From: Pricia antarctica
GTDB lineage: Bacteria > Bacteroidota > Bacteroidia > Flavobacteriales > Flavobacteriaceae
NCBI GenBank assembly: GCA_011050085.1
Contig: DRGL01000023.1
Location: 308,571-372,570, forward strand
Direction: 5' to 3'
DNA length: 64,000 bases
Below are positions 41,188 through 52,851 of the stretch, piece after piece; positions within the stretch are counted from its first letter, which is position 1, and each line of letters starts with the position of its first letter. Both the position numbers and the translations under genes were made by a program. The notes below the pieces were generated by a model. It made no database searches. It saw only the letters and a list, made by a program, of their open reading frames with translations, and had not been told where the DNA came from.

Positions 41188-42121
41188 TAGGCAATACCAA
41201 AACACAATTAAATTAGAGTTCCAGCAATGCAATTAATGCATAGCAAAGGGCAAATAAAGCTTCGAGATTTCACGAACCCTTTAGCCCAACACTTTGAATT
41301 TACCGATGAATAGATGAACGAAATTTACCCCTCCGGAAACTGCCAAATATTCTATGACAGAATTTCTTGGGCTTTAAACTATTTAAATATGAGTGGACTT
41401 GTCGACAAATCAAAACGTGGGATTTACGAATTAAGCCAAACAGGTAGTGAATTATTGAAAGTACCAAATCAAGTAGATGTCTATATCCCAAAATAACTTG
41501 ACATAAGAGAACCGACCCGGAAAGTATAGAAGACCACTGAGGAACGTCTAAAAATAGATGACTCATCTTTTGAATCTACCCCACAAGAAAAACTATACCC
41601 GTCTGTTGAAAACATCCGAAAATCAGTTTACACCAAGATTTTAAATACTATTCTTACAAAATCACCGGTCGCATTTAAAAAATTAGTTGTCGCCCTTTTG
41701 CAGAAAATGGGATATGGTGGAGAAATTAAAAATTCTGGTCTGGTAACTAAAGCCTCAAATGATGGAGGAATTGACGGCATTATAAAAGAAGATATTTTGG
41801 CACTTGGTAGACTACATATACAGGCAAAACGATATAAAACTAGTCTTGGAATCGGACGAGACGAGATTCAAAAATTCGTTGGAGCACTGGCTGTAGCACA
41901 GTCGAATAAAGGAGTCTTTATAACAACCTCTTACTATTCCAAAGGAGCCATTGAGTATGCTAATAATTTAAACGGTTCGACTACCTTGGTCCTGATTGAC
42001 GGAACACAACTTACCGAATTTATATATATATGATTTTAGTCTTGGAATGCAAGTGGAACAGACAATTGAAATTAAAAAATTAGATGCAGACTTTTGGGAT
42101 GCTAAGAAAGATGCGGAATAA
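41188..42121 (+). pseudogene. mrr: Mrr-family type IV restriction endonuclease pseudogene
   Basis: One frame gives AIPKHN*IRVPAMQLM...LAQHFEFTDE*MNEIYPSG...DRISWALNYL...IPK*...KV*...TPQEKL...LLQKMGYG...DGGIDG...QAKRY...FITTS. Start codon is damaged; stops at 41209, 41311, 41494, 41527; frameshift in (TA)5 at 42021-42030, after which DFSLGMQVEQTIEIKKLDADFW resumes. Confidence 0.9.
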
Positions 42122-42243
42122 ATATAATCCTCACTACAACAATGCTTAATTTGGTGTTGAGTTCAAATCCATTCGCAAAGGCAAATCGCTTGAAACCGGG
42201 AAATTTTTAGAACCAATTAATCGTACATTCAACTAAAAATAAG

Positions 42244-43866
42244 ATGATAACAAATTATATAAAGTTCTTGGTAGTCGTAGTGCTTTTGAGCAGTTGTAAA
42301 AACAATGACCAGTTAGACACAAAAAATGTGGAAGTAAGTCAAACAACTATTGGCAAGCACATTGAAAATCTGGCTTCCGATGAATTTTTAGGAAGAAAGC
42401 CCTTTACGAAAGGTGAGGTAAAAACAGTGAATTATTTAAAAACCGAATTTGAGAAACTCGGGCTTTTAGCCGGAAACAATGAAAGTTTTTTTCAGGAGGT
42501 TCCTATGGTCGAAATTGACGGATCACCTTCTGAAACCATGAACATTAGCGGAAAAAATAGCAATCTTGATTTAGCATATTTAAAAGATTTTGTAGCAACC
42601 ACAAATAAAACGGTCAAAGAAGTGGGTCTTGAGAACTCCGAACTTGTATTTGCCGGTTACGGAATTGTTGCTCCCGAATATGGATGGAATGATTATAAAG
42701 GAATTGACTGGAAAGGCAAAACAGCTGTGGTTCTAATAAATGATCCGGGTTTTAAATCATCGGATTCCACCTTATTTAAAGGAAACACCATGACCTATTA
42801 TGGTCGTTGGACGTACAAATATGAGGAAGCGGCTAGACAAGGTGCAGCCGGAGTAATTATCATACATGAAACCGAACCGGCTTCTTATGGCTGGAATGTA
42901 ATAGAATCTAGTTGGAGTGGCGCTAGATTGGTCATAGAAAGCGAAGCGCCACTTTTAGACGTAGAATCTTGGATAAGTAATGAAAGTGCAAATAAATTAT
43001 TTGATATATCGGCCATGAAAGGGCAAGATTATAAAACGATTGCACACAACAAAAGTTTTCAGCCTATTCCACTTGAATTAAGTGTGTCAGTTGGTATTGA
43101 AAACAACATTAAAAAAGACGTTTCTAAAAATGTGGTCGCCATGATACCAGGCACGGATCAAAAAGATGAATTCATCATCTATTCCGCACATTGGGATCAT
43201 CTAGGCGTAGGTAAGCCTATAGAAGGGGACTCCATTTACAATGGCGCAGTAGATAACGCTACAGGAACTGCTGGTTTGTTAGCCATAGCGGAAGCGTTTA
43301 AGAAAAGTAAACCTACAAAGCGGTCGATTGTCTTTATCGCTTTAACGGGTGAAGAACAGGGTTTACTGGGATCGGCCTATTATGCTGCCCACCCTATATT
43401 CGACCCGAAGAAAACGATTGCCAATATCAACATGGATGCAATTAATAGTCTAGGAGAAATGAAGGACTTAACCATTACCGGGTTTGGGCAGTCTGAAATG
43501 GATGAATATGCAAAAGAAGCAGCCGAAGCACAAAATAGGTATATCATTAAGGATCCAACACCGGAAAAGGGATCTTTCTTCAGATCAGACCATTTTAATT
43601 TTGCTAAAATTGGAATTCCAGCCTTATATGCAGCGGGTAGTTATGAGGGATTTGATCATAGTATTGAGGAAATAAAAGGCGCTAATGAAAATTACGAAGA
43701 ATTTAAATACCATCAGGTGTCAGATAATTACGACTCAAAGACCTTTGAACTGAGTGGTATAAGACTAGACTTACAACTATTTTATGAGGTAGGATTGACA
43801 TTATCCAATGACGATTATTTTCCGAAATGGTATGATAGCAGCGAGTTTAAAGCTGCAAGGAAATAA
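42244..43866 (+). CDS. M28-family metallopeptidase with PA domain, lipoprotein
   Basis: Lipobox LSSC; LASDEFLGR, SAHWDHLG, NGAVDNATG, TGEEQGLLGS, RSDHF, YHQVSD. Confidence 0.92.
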   Translation: MITNYIKFLVVVVLLSSCKNNDQLDTKNVEVSQTTIGKHIENLASDEFLGRKPFTKGEVKTVNYLKTEFEKLGLLAGNNESFFQEVPMVEIDGSPSETMNISGKNSNLDLAYLKDFVATTNKTVKEVGLENSELVFAGYGIVAPEYGWNDYKGIDWKGKTAVVLINDPGFKSSDSTLFKGNTMTYYGRWTYKYEEAARQGAAGVIIIHETEPASYGWNVIESSWSGARLVIESEAPLLDVESWISNESANKLFDISAMKGQDYKTIAHNKSFQPIPLELSVSVGIENNIKKDVSKNVVAMIPGTDQKDEFIIYSAHWDHLGVGKPIEGDSIYNGAVDNATGTAGLLAIAEAFKKSKPTKRSIVFIALTGEEQGLLGSAYYAAHPIFDPKKTIANINMDAINSLGEMKDLTITGFGQSEMDEYAKEAAEAQNRYIIKDPTPEKGSFFRSDHFNFAKIGIPALYAAGSYEGFDHSIEEIKGANENYEEFKYHQVSDNYDSKTFELSGIRLDLQLFYEVGLTLSNDDYFPKWYDSSEFKAARK

Positions 43867-43964
43867 ATTATTGTTACTTGTAAAGTCTTTGAAGTCGTAT
43901 ATAGCGTTCTTTAAAATCGGTGTTTAAAGGATTGCAAATTGTGACAGTAAAGCGTAATAAATGT

Positions 43965-46718
43965 TCAAACCTCTTTTTCTACAAATGGAATGTTTATATC
44001 ACAAATCTCGATAATCAGTTGTTTAAGTTCATGAGTGAATCTTTCAAGAGTCTGTTGCGTAATGACATGGTCTTTTGAACGGCTTCCCTTCTTGGGTTTT
44101 GTTGCAAACCGCATAAGGCCTGTTCCCAATTTTTTAAAACTTATAATGCCGGCTTCCACCGCCGGCAAAGGGGTTTTAGTGGTATACATCAGAGCATAGC
44201 AAAGTAATTGAAACGCCTTAGCGTAATCGTAGTCAACGGTTATTTGCTCCCAATCCACAATTTCTACTTGGGTGGTAGAGGTGTTACCTGTTTTATAATC
44301 TATGATGCGCAAAGTACCATCCTTTATATCAATACGGTCAAGTTTTCCCTTAAGATGGATAGGGAAATTTATTTCCGGTATGTCTAGGCGTATCACTAGT
44401 TTTTCCTCAAGTCCCAAAATTTCAATGTGATGATTCTTGGCTTCCTCTATCTCTAAAGCGATAAAATTCTCAATATAGCGTCGCACAACATGTAATGCTA
44501 TTAAGTTTTTACCTCTAGAAATATCGCCATCCCCATAGCTTTTTGAAAAATGATGTTCTACCAGGCTATTGATATTTCCCTTAGCGTCAATCAAGCCTTT
44601 TTCGGTTAGTGTTTCGCCTACAAAAGGTCGGTATAAGTCTTCAAGGGTATCGTGAACAATGGTGCCAAAGGTGTTTGCCGCTACGTTTTCTTCAACTTCC
44701 ATAACATCATTAATCCCAAGCAGATTTCTTTTATAAAAATCAATTGGATTACGAATGTAGTTGCTTAAGGATGTTGGTGAAAAACCACTTGCGGCGTGCA
44801 ATGCAATACGTTCAATAAGCGATGCATCTTTATCAATTTGTTCTAGAACATTTAAGGAAGGTAATATACTAGGCGAAGCATAGGTTTCTACGATATTCAA
44901 AAACGTATTGTCATCCGTCAGCAACTGATTGATGAGCCTGCTCCGCTCACCTCCCCCTAAACCATCATCAGGGTCAGTACTATAAAGGATATAAACATTT
45001 TTGGCACGTTGTAATAATCTATAGAAATGATACGTATATACGGCATCTTTCTCTTTATAGGTAGGGAGTCCGGAAAATATTTTTAAATCGAATGGGATAA
45101 AAGAATTATTCGCTTTACCGGACGGCAAAATACCTTCGTTGACTGAAGTGATGATAACCGTTTCAAAATCTAGATTACGGCTTTCCAACATACCCATTAT
45201 TTGAAGACCTTCTAAAGGCTCTCCCTGAAAATCTAAAGTTTCTGACGATAATAGTTCTCTATAAAGGCTTTGAAAAGATTTTAAATCGGCTATAAAATTA
45301 TAGGCTTTCACTAATTCATCAAGCTGGTTGAACAATTCATAAAAACGGTAGAGATATTCAAGATCAAGCGCGTTATTTTCAGCCTGCCGTATTGCTTTAA
45401 GTCTTGCTATCAATTTTAGTCCCGTGGAAATAAGTTGTTGGGGTGTTGGAGTTTGGGCTAGGAATAATTGGGCTATAACTTCATGCCCTGATTCGGTTAT
45501 CCCCATTAATTTTGAAGTGTCAAGGTAGGTCCAGTTCTTATCTTTAATCGTTTCAATAATGTGTGCGACATCCGATGTACTTTCATCGCCGATTAATGTA
45601 TTAACACTTGGCAACGCCAAAAAATGCAGTACATCTGCATAGTACCATCCATAATCACTACGAGATAGGCACAAGCTTATGAATGTATCAAAAAAATCAG
45701 CTAGCGCTGTTTTGCCCAACGGATAGCCCATAGTTATATTTACGGCAGTTACTGCCTCGGGTACAGCATTTATCATTGGGTTAAGCAAAGTCTCATCACC
45801 CAGAACAACTGCTGTCTTTTTAAGCCGATTAGGGTCCGTTTGGTGCAACTCCTGTAAAAGTTGACCTGTATACTTCACCTGCGATACATTTCTGGGAACG
45901 CCAATTATTTTGATATTTTTCTGTGTACGATAATTATGGCTAATGCCATTAAGTCCATTCTGTATCAAATAGGGCCAGACTTTACGATGTTGCCTAATAA
46001 AATACCCGGCATCGTGTACGTTATCCTGCAAGAAGTAATTATCGATATCCCAAAAGATTTCAGAAGGATAATGCTGAAGTATATGTTGTATGATTTTACT
46101 TTCAGCGGTATTCAAGGCATTAAAACCTAAAAAAATAAAGGTCTTACCGGTTTGGGTATTTAAAAAGGGACTGAGATACTGACAGGCCTTCCGATAAACT
46201 AAGCCTTGATGGCCTAAACCTTGTTCGAGTAAGGTAGCATTGAAACTTTTATATAGGCTAGATAGATTGTTCCAAAACGCCAAATGGTCTTTCATCATTT
46301 TGGTCTGCCCTGAACCTACCGACCAATGATCAAGTTCCTGTATGGCGGACAGATTATCAAAAAGCTTTGACGCGTCAACCAGGTACCGATCAATTTCGTT
46401 AATATCTTGTAATAATTTTTGTGCCCACTTAGAAAATGTATAAAAATTATCTTGGTTTTCGGATGTATTATCCCGGTAAGTTACATAGAGATTGAAAAGT
46501 TGTTGGGTCTGCGTAGCATAAGTCAGACCGGATATTTTTTCTATAAAAGTTTCTATACTATAAATATCTGGGGCAAAGAAGGTTGTATTTGTACTTCTGG
46601 CAAGTGCGTTTCGTAGAAAAGTCCCGGCGCGTTTGCTTGGCAATATGAAAACCAAATCTTCGAGGTCATCATATTTTAATCTAATTCTATCAACTATCTC
46701 TTCTAAAAAACTTTCCAT
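43965..46718 (-). CDS. PD-(D/E)XK nuclease-family protein (AddB/RexB-like)
   Basis: FILPSKRAG, MGMLESRNLDF, FSPTSL, GKLDRID...IIDYKTG, QLLCY. Start moved to MESFLEE. Confidence 0.85.
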   Translation of the reverse strand: MESFLEEIVDRIRLKYDDLEDLVFILPSKRAGTFLRNALARSTNTTFFAPDIYSIETFIEKISGLTYATQTQQLFNLYVTYRDNTSENQDNFYTFSKWAQKLLQDINEIDRYLVDASKLFDNLSAIQELDHWSVGSGQTKMMKDHLAFWNNLSSLYKSFNATLLEQGLGHQGLVYRKACQYLSPFLNTQTGKTFIFLGFNALNTAESKIIQHILQHYPSEIFWDIDNYFLQDNVHDAGYFIRQHRKVWPYLIQNGLNGISHNYRTQKNIKIIGVPRNVSQVKYTGQLLQELHQTDPNRLKKTAVVLGDETLLNPMINAVPEAVTAVNITMGYPLGKTALADFFDTFISLCLSRSDYGWYYADVLHFLALPSVNTLIGDESTSDVAHIIETIKDKNWTYLDTSKLMGITESGHEVIAQLFLAQTPTPQQLISTGLKLIARLKAIRQAENNALDLEYLYRFYELFNQLDELVKAYNFIADLKSFQSLYRELLSSETLDFQGEPLEGLQIMGMLESRNLDFETVIITSVNEGILPSGKANNSFIPFDLKIFSGLPTYKEKDAVYTYHFYRLLQRAKNVYILYSTDPDDGLGGGERSRLINQLLTDDNTFLNIVETYASPSILPSLNVLEQIDKDASLIERIALHAASGFSPTSLSNYIRNPIDFYKRNLLGINDVMEVEENVAANTFGTIVHDTLEDLYRPFVGETLTEKGLIDAKGNINSLVEHHFSKSYGDGDISRGKNLIALHVVRRYIENFIALEIEEAKNHHIEILGLEEKLVIRLDIPEINFPIHLKGKLDRIDIKDGTLRIIDYKTGNTSTTQVEIVDWEQITVDYDYAKAFQLLCYALMYTTKTPLPAVEAGIISFKKLGTGLMRFATKPKKGSRSKDHVITQQTLERFTHELKQLIIEICDINIPFVEKEV

Positions 46719-46730
46719 AACCAAAAATAA

Positions 46731-46760
46731 AAAAGCCCCGACGATATCGTCAGGGCTTTT
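46731..46760 (-). terminator. Intrinsic terminator after the OmpA gene
   Basis: aaaagccc-cgacgatatcgtca-gggctttt with a U tract on the minus strand. Confidence 0.8.
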
Positions 46761-46786
46761 CAAATATTTAATTGATTTAAATCTAC

Positions 46787-48151
46787 TTATTTCACTAAGT
46801 TGATTTCAACCCTTCTGTTTTCTGCTCTACCAGTTCTAGTGTCGTTAGAAGCGATTGGCTTCTCTTCACCATATCCAAGTGCAGATAACCTGAATTCTTC
46901 GATTCCTTTATCAACTAAGAATTCTTTTACAGCAAGTGCTCTAGATTCTGAAAGGCTCTTATTCAATTTATCGCTACCTGTACTATCAGTGTGACCTTCA
47001 ACAGTAAACTTAGCGTTAGGATACTCTTTCAAGATTGTGATAATATCAACCATTACAGAAGTAGACTCAGCTTTGATAGAAGATTTGCCAGTATCGAAAT
47101 TAATCGTTCTTGCATAATCGTTCAATTGTTTCTGAACTTCTTCAGTAACTTCTGGGCAACCATCATTGGCTACTGTACCAGCTACGTCAACACATTTGTC
47201 ATCTTTATCCAATACACCGTCACCATCAGTATCAGGCCATGGGCATCCTTTGTTCTCAGCAACACCGGCTTCGTTAGGACACTCATCATCACCATCGGCA
47301 ACACCGTCACCGTCAGCATCAGGACATCCAGCTAAATTAGCTAAACCAGCTTCGTTAGGACATTTATCATCTTTATCGGCAACTCCGTCGCCATCAGCAT
47401 CAGGACAACCGTTCATTTCGGCAGAACCAGCTTCGTTAGGACATTCGTCTTTGCTATCTTCGATACCATCACCATCAGAATCAGGGCAACCGTTGAATGC
47501 TTCTAAACCAGCAACTTCTGGACAAGCATCATCTTTATCGTAGATACCGTCACCATCGGTGTCAGTTCCACCGAATTTAACCGCAATACCAGCCATGTGC
47601 TGGAAATGTCTACGGCCATAGTCTTCAAAAGCATGCTTGTAACCTGTTTGTACAGTCAAACCGATGTTTTCCGTAAACCATAGGTTAAAACCAAGACCTC
47701 CATTTATAGTACCAGCACCGATTTCATCAATCCAAGTGTAACCACCGCCTACTTCAATAAAAGGATCAAGAATAAAATTAGGAGCGAAAGCATACTTAAT
47801 GGTACCATCTAATGCATAATGCGAAAGATCATCAACACCAACGTCACCCAACTTATCGATTTTGTTCAATGAACCACGAACACCAACAGACAAATTATCA
47901 CCTACAGAGCGAGAAACGCCTATGTAAGAAATTGAAGGAAGAATGTTCCAGTGATCACTTGCATTGAAGTACTCATCACCGAAAGAACTAGTTTGCGTAG
48001 GAAAATTATCATCGTTAGATGGATATACGTCTATGGCATTTACCCCGAAACTAACCTGCCACGGGTTATTTTCGTCTTGCGCTTGCATGCTGCCAATGCC
48101 TACTAAAAGCAGGGCGGCAACCATTAATTTGCTAAGGTGTTTCATGTTCAA
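46787..48151 (-). CDS. OmpA-family outer-membrane protein with thrombospondin type-3 (Ca-binding) repeats
   Basis: N-terminal barrel; five DxDGDG..D..D.CP units; OmpA C-domain ([29 protein letters not shown]). Confidence 0.95.
   Translation of the reverse strand: MNMKHLSKLMVAALLLVGIGSMQAQDENNPWQVSFGVNAIDVYPSNDDNFPTQTSSFGDEYFNASDHWNILPSISYIGVSRSVGDNLSVGVRGSLNKIDKLGDVGVDDLSHYALDGTIKYAFAPNFILDPFIEVGGGYTWIDEIGAGTINGGLGFNLWFTENIGLTVQTGYKHAFEDYGRRHFQHMAGIAVKFGGTDTDGDGIYDKDDACPEVAGLEAFNGCPDSDGDGIEDSKDECPNEAGSAEMNGCPDADGDGVADKDDKCPNEAGLANLAGCPDADGDGVADGDDECPNEAGVAENKGCPWPDTDGDGVLDKDDKCVDVAGTVANDGCPEVTEEVQKQLNDYARTINFDTGKSSIKAESTSVMVDIITILKEYPNAKFTVEGHTDSTGSDKLNKSLSESRALAVKEFLVDKGIEEFRLSALGYGEEKPIASNDTRTGRAENRRVEINLVK
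47153..47563 (-). repeat. Five ~81-nt (27-aa) TSP3 repeats inside the OmpA gene
   Basis: [75 protein letters not shown]. Confidence 0.9.
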
Positions 48152-48258
48152 ATTTTTAAGTTTAAGTGTTTATTAGCTGCAAATGTAAGTTGTTAAACAT
48201 TATTAACAAAATCAATTCTTAAGTTTTTTTAACGCCTTTTATGGAATAAATAACACTT

Positions 48259-49452
48259 TTAAACGATTTTTAACGATTTTCCAACATCGATAAAAGCGGC
48301 GATAGCTTTATCTAAATGCTCCATTTTATGGGCTGCGGACAGCTGAACACGTATTCGCGCCTTCCCTTTCGGTACTACAGGATAGAAGAAACCGATTACA
48401 TAAATACCCTTCTCCAACAATCGGTTTGCCATTTCTTGCGCTAGTTTTGCATCGTACAGCATTACAGGCACAATGGCCGATTCGCCATCTATAATGTCGA
48501 ACCCGGCATCTTTTAAACCCTTTTTGAAATAGGCTGTATTATTTTTTAGCTTCTCAATCAAAGACGTATCCTTTTCCAATATCTCGAATACCTTTATCGA
48601 AGCACCGACTATGGCCGGGGCTAGGGAATTTGAAAAAAGATAGGGACGCGAACGTTGTCGCAATAGTTCAATGATTTCTTTTTTGCCTGTCGTGTAACCG
48701 CCCATAGCTCCACCCATGGCCTTTCCCAAAGTACCTGTAATAATGTCGATGCGGTCCATTACGCCCTTTTCTTCAAGGGTTCCGCGACCCGTCTCACCAA
48801 TAAAACCGGTGGCGTGGCAATCATCGATTAAAACCATGGCATCATATTTATCAGCCAAGTCACAAATTTTATCCAAGGGAGCGACAAGGCCATCCATAGA
48901 AAAAACACCGTCAGTGACAATTACCTTGAAGCGGGCATTGTCATTGTCAGCCTGCTTGAGCTGTTTTTCCAAATCAGACATATCACTGTTGACATATCGA
49001 TAGCGCATGGCTTTGCAAAGGCGAACACCGTCAATAATGGAGGCGTGGTTCAAAGAGTCTGATATTATGGCGTCTTCATTTGTAAGCAAAGGTTCGAAAA
49101 CCCCGCCATTGGCATCGAAAGCGGCAGCATATAATATGGTATCTTCAGTACCATAAAAATTAGCTATCTTCTTCTCCAGTTCTTTATGGATATCTTGGGT
49201 ACCACATATAAAACGCACCGACGACATGCCGAAGCCATGGGAGTCCATAGTATCTTTGGCCGCTTGAATTACTTCTGGATGGGATGAAAGGCCCAAATAG
49301 TTGTTCGCACAAAAATTGATGACTTCTTCTCCGGTGGAGATTTTTATGACAGCATCTTGGGGCGAGGTAATGATGCGTTCCGTTTTAAAAAGACCATCTT
49401 CTTTAATCTGGTCTATCTCGTTCTGTAAATGTTCTTTTATTTTTCCGTACAT
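48259..49452 (-). CDS. kbl: 2-amino-3-ketobutyrate CoA ligase (glycine C-acetyltransferase)
   Basis: [54 protein letters not shown]. Start at MYGKIK. Confidence 0.96.
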   Translation of the reverse strand: MYGKIKEHLQNEIDQIKEDGLFKTERIITSPQDAVIKISTGEEVINFCANNYLGLSSHPEVIQAAKDTMDSHGFGMSSVRFICGTQDIHKELEKKIANFYGTEDTILYAAAFDANGGVFEPLLTNEDAIISDSLNHASIIDGVRLCKAMRYRYVNSDMSDLEKQLKQADNDNARFKVIVTDGVFSMDGLVAPLDKICDLADKYDAMVLIDDCHATGFIGETGRGTLEEKGVMDRIDIITGTLGKAMGGAMGGYTTGKKEIIELLRQRSRPYLFSNSLAPAIVGASIKVFEILEKDTSLIEKLKNNTAYFKKGLKDAGFDIIDGESAIVPVMLYDAKLAQEMANRLLEKGIYVIGFFYPVVPKGKARIRVQLSAAHKMEHLDKAIAAFIDVGKSLKIV

Positions 49453-49468
49453 AAGGTGCAAAATTATA

Positions 49469-49490
49469 AAACCCACTTGAGAAGCGGGTT
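49469..49490 (-). terminator. Probable terminator after glpK
   Basis: Minus strand aacccgctt-ctc-aagtgggtt followed by ttat. Confidence 0.5.
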
Positions 49491-49575
49491 GTTTTAATAC
49501 TGAATTTTGACGCTATACCCATATAATAGCGTTATCGAACTACGCTATTTCTATTGCGCTAAACAAATTTGGGAA

Positions 49576-51057
49576 TTATGGATTTTCCCAACCTTTGGTG
49601 CGTTCTACGGCATTCTGCCATTTTTTATAAAGCCGTTTTCGTTTTACCCTATCAAAGGTCGGCTTGAAAATACGATTCATAGGTCGGTTCTGGTCAACAT
49701 CGTCCTGTTTCCATAGACCTATTTGAATACCTGCTAAAAAAGCTGCACCCATGGCGGTAGACTCAATAACTTCAGGCCTGTGGACTTCCGAATCAAGAAT
49801 ATCGGCCTGAAATTGCATCAGGTGATTATTGGCACAGGCTCCTCCGTCAACGCGTAGGTTTTTCAATTGAATACCTGAGTCATCTTCCATGGCCTTTAAT
49901 ATATCCTTGGTCTGATAGGCCAAAGACTCTAAGGTTGCCTTGGCAAGATGTGCTTTGCCGGTATCACGCGTAAGACCGAAGACGGCCCCTCGGGCGTACA
50001 TATCCCAATACGGAGCACCTAAGCCGGCGAAAGCGGGTACTACGTAGACCGGGTTTTCACCTTCTATAGAATCGGCCAGTTCCTCGGTCTCCGTAGCATC
50101 TTTAATGAGTTCCAATCCATCTCGGAGCCATTGAATCGCGGCACCAGCAATAAAAATACTGCCTTCTAGGGCGTAATGTACTTTTCCATCGAGCCCATAA
50201 GCTATGGTTGTCAAGAGTCCATTTTTGGAAAACTGAGGTTCCGTACCCGTGTTCATAAGCATGAAACATCCCGTTCCATAAGTGTTTTTGGCTGTTCCTT
50301 TCTTAAAACAAGCCTGGCCAAAGAGTGCTGCTTGTTGATCACCGGCGATTCCGGCAATCGGAATAATTGTCCCATCCAAATCATAATCCCCGAAATGATG
50401 GGCCGAAGGTTTTACTTCCGGTAGCATTATTTTTGGAATGCCGAGCGCCGTTAACATTTTATCGTCCCACTTTAAATTTACGATATCGTAGACCATAGTT
50501 CGACTGGCGTTAGTGTAGTCCGTTACGTGCTGTTTCTTATTGGTCATATTCCAAACCAGCCAAGTATCTATAGTGCCCATTAATAGGTCACCGTTTTCCG
50601 CTTTTTTTCGTGCGCCATCGACATTATCCAAAATCCATTTGACCTTGGTTCCCGAAAAATATGAATCTATGACCAATCCCGTGGTTTTTTGCACATGTTC
50701 GGTCAAGCCAATTTTCTTTAAGTGTTCACAGATATCGGCGGTGCGCTTATCTTGCCAAACTATCGCATTATATACAGGTTGGCCAGTTTTTTTATCCCAA
50801 ACCACAGTAGTTTCCCGCTGATTCGTGATGCCGATGGCCTTAATATCTGAAGGATTTACCTTTTCATTCTTGACAAGTTCAGAAAGCACCTCCATTTGGG
50901 TTTCTAAAATCTCCATCGGATCATGCTCTACCCATCCTGATTTCGGAAAAATCTGTTTGAATTCTTTTTGCACCATAGCACTTATTGTGCCTTTTTCGTC
51001 TACGAGTAGCGCGCGTGAGCTGGTAGTACCTTGGTCTAAGGAGATAATATAATTCAT
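49576..51057 (-). CDS. glpK: Glycerol kinase
   Basis: [58 protein letters not shown]. Confidence 0.97.
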   Translation of the reverse strand: MNYIISLDQGTTSSRALLVDEKGTISAMVQKEFKQIFPKSGWVEHDPMEILETQMEVLSELVKNEKVNPSDIKAIGITNQRETTVVWDKKTGQPVYNAIVWQDKRTADICEHLKKIGLTEHVQKTTGLVIDSYFSGTKVKWILDNVDGARKKAENGDLLMGTIDTWLVWNMTNKKQHVTDYTNASRTMVYDIVNLKWDDKMLTALGIPKIMLPEVKPSAHHFGDYDLDGTIIPIAGIAGDQQAALFGQACFKKGTAKNTYGTGCFMLMNTGTEPQFSKNGLLTTIAYGLDGKVHYALEGSIFIAGAAIQWLRDGLELIKDATETEELADSIEGENPVYVVPAFAGLGAPYWDMYARGAVFGLTRDTGKAHLAKATLESLAYQTKDILKAMEDDSGIQLKNLRVDGGACANNHLMQFQADILDSEVHRPEVIESTAMGAAFLAGIQIGLWKQDDVDQNRPMNRIFKPTFDRVKRKRLYKKWQNAVERTKGWENP

Positions 51058-51703
51058 AATCTATTGAATTTTGATCTACCTTGGAATTTGGCAGAAATAT
51101 AAATATTGGATTACTAAATATTAAGGATGTCATACCTCAACAAACAGCTAAATATAGGGCATAAACTTACAGATTCAAAACAAGATTTCTATTCTTCGAA
51201 ACAAAGGCTAAGTAGGCTTTTGTAGTCATTGAACCCTAATAGTATTCGATTTCCTTACTGTTTTTGATTCTTAAAATAGCTTTTGCAGGTTGAGAGCTAT
51301 TTTAATATTTACGGAGACTTAGTTTCCTATTGCATCGACAGTTGTGATGCGATATTTGGCTTCTGTCGGTAGTACCTCGGCACAGTGGAAATTTCGTCTG
51401 GCGTACAAACTTTTCGTCAAGATGTCCGTTGACTTCGCTCTCCGGATGGTATGAGCCAGTTTTAGCACCACTTCATTAAATCTATCGTTCGAAATTTTTG
51501 GTTATTGAAATGCGGCTTCCGTTTCTAGGATAGATAAAGGCCATCGGGGGCGCATTGCTGTTTTGGTAATCTTGACAAGAGGGCGGAAGCGTTCTATAGG
51601 TAGGATGGGTTCGTTTGTAATGGAACTCCATCAAAGGCGGTAACAAAAACAATAATTTCGCTATGGTTGTTGAGAGTATCGCAATTCGCGGTAGTAGTGA
51701 AAA

Positions 51704-52060
51704 TCAACTAATATAGTCCCGTTCCAAAAAATAATCTACTATAGCCTCTTTCATGAGCACCGATTGCTCTCCTGCCTTTAAGGTCGGTAATTCTTCCTTG
51801 ATTCTATAGTGGGGCCAACCGTCATCATCAAAAAATTCAAATTCGTAATATCCATAAGGTTCCAACAAACGGCAAATAGCGATATGCATTAAATCGAGCT
51901 TGTGGTCTTTCTTGAATGTTTTGTGGTGTTGGCCGAGCTCTTGTACACCTATTAAATAGATGATGGCGTCAAGTTCTAATGGGTCACCATCTGCGAATTG
52001 GGCGGAAAGTTTTTCCACCAATACCTCCCAGTGCTTTTTTAGTTGCTCGTCTCTTGCCAT
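51704..52060 (-). CDS. Conserved Bacteroidota hypothetical protein
   Basis: MARDEQLKKHW...IYLIGVQELG...KLDLMHIAICRLLEPYGYY...GWPHY. Start moved from 52216. Confidence 0.8.
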   Translation of the reverse strand: MARDEQLKKHWEVLVEKLSAQFADGDPLELDAIIYLIGVQELGQHHKTFKKDHKLDLMHIAICRLLEPYGYYEFEFFDDDGWPHYRIKEELPTLKAGEQSVLMKEAIVDYFLERDYIS

Positions 52061-52214
52061 TTGTATTCCAATTGATTGTTTTGAGTTATGGATAGTATCT
52101 GCGTTGAACTTGATCAAAATGCTCGACCAGATACCTGAACCACGAAGCGTGGCTTGCCCCGAAAAAGCATCAAAGGTACGAATCAAAATGCTACTTTTGC
52201 AGAAACCCCTTGCC

Positions 52215-52724
52215 ATGTCTTTTTTAGATATTATTTTAGGAGTACTGCTCGTTTGGGGACTTTGGAAAGGCCTAAGGAACGGACTTATTATCGAACTTGC
52301 CTCGATTGTGGCATTGATTGCCGGAATCTATGGGGCGATACATTTTTCATACTATGCCGGTGATCACCTTTCACAAAATATAGATTGGGAAGAACGATAC
52401 ATCAACCTAGCCGCATTTGTCATTACATTTATACTAATTGTGCTTGCTGTTCATATTTTGGCTAAGTTGTTGACGAAAGTCGCCAGTTTTGCGATGCTTG
52501 GATGGCTGAACCGGTTGGCCGGCGGTATCTTCGGGGTGGTTAAAGTGGCGGTAATCCTTGGCGCACTTTTAGTGTTCTTCGAAAGGGTAAATACAACTTC
52601 GGGACTGGTCAAGGATGAAAGTAAGGAGCAATCTGTACTTTATGAACCAATCAAGGATATTGGGGCCCTTTTATTTAATTATGCCTTGAAGGAACCCGTT
52701 TTGAGGGATAAGATTACCATTTAA
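52215..52724 (+). CDS. cvpA: CvpA / colicin V production family membrane protein
   Basis: MSFLDIILG...GLRNGLIIEL...LNRLAGGIFG; four TM segments. Start moved from 51960. Confidence 0.9.
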   Translation: MSFLDIILGVLLVWGLWKGLRNGLIIELASIVALIAGIYGAIHFSYYAGDHLSQNIDWEERYINLAAFVITFILIVLAVHILAKLLTKVASFAMLGWLNRLAGGIFGVVKVAVILGALLVFFERVNTTSGLVKDESKEQSVLYEPIKDIGALLFNYALKEPVLRDKITI

Positions 52725-52851
52725 ACAAAATTATCTCTATTAATAAAGTCTGGATTTAGTAGAATATAATACATTTCCTTCTATTCATTTTATTAGGATT
52801 ATTCCATTTGATATGATTTTAAAGGTTTAATATCCTTATAAGCGAGATATC

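Noticed and set aside
47153-47563. Periodic repeats as CRISPR or a non-coding array; antisense ORFs 46991-47335 and 47166-47543
   Set aside because: In-frame coding TSP3 repeats with no unique spacers; the antisense ORFs result from the repeat codons.
51960-52216. Apparent 257-bp overlap of divergent ORFs 51704-52216 and 51960-52724
   Set aside because: An artefact of longest-ORF starts; the true starts at 52060 and 52215 do not overlap.
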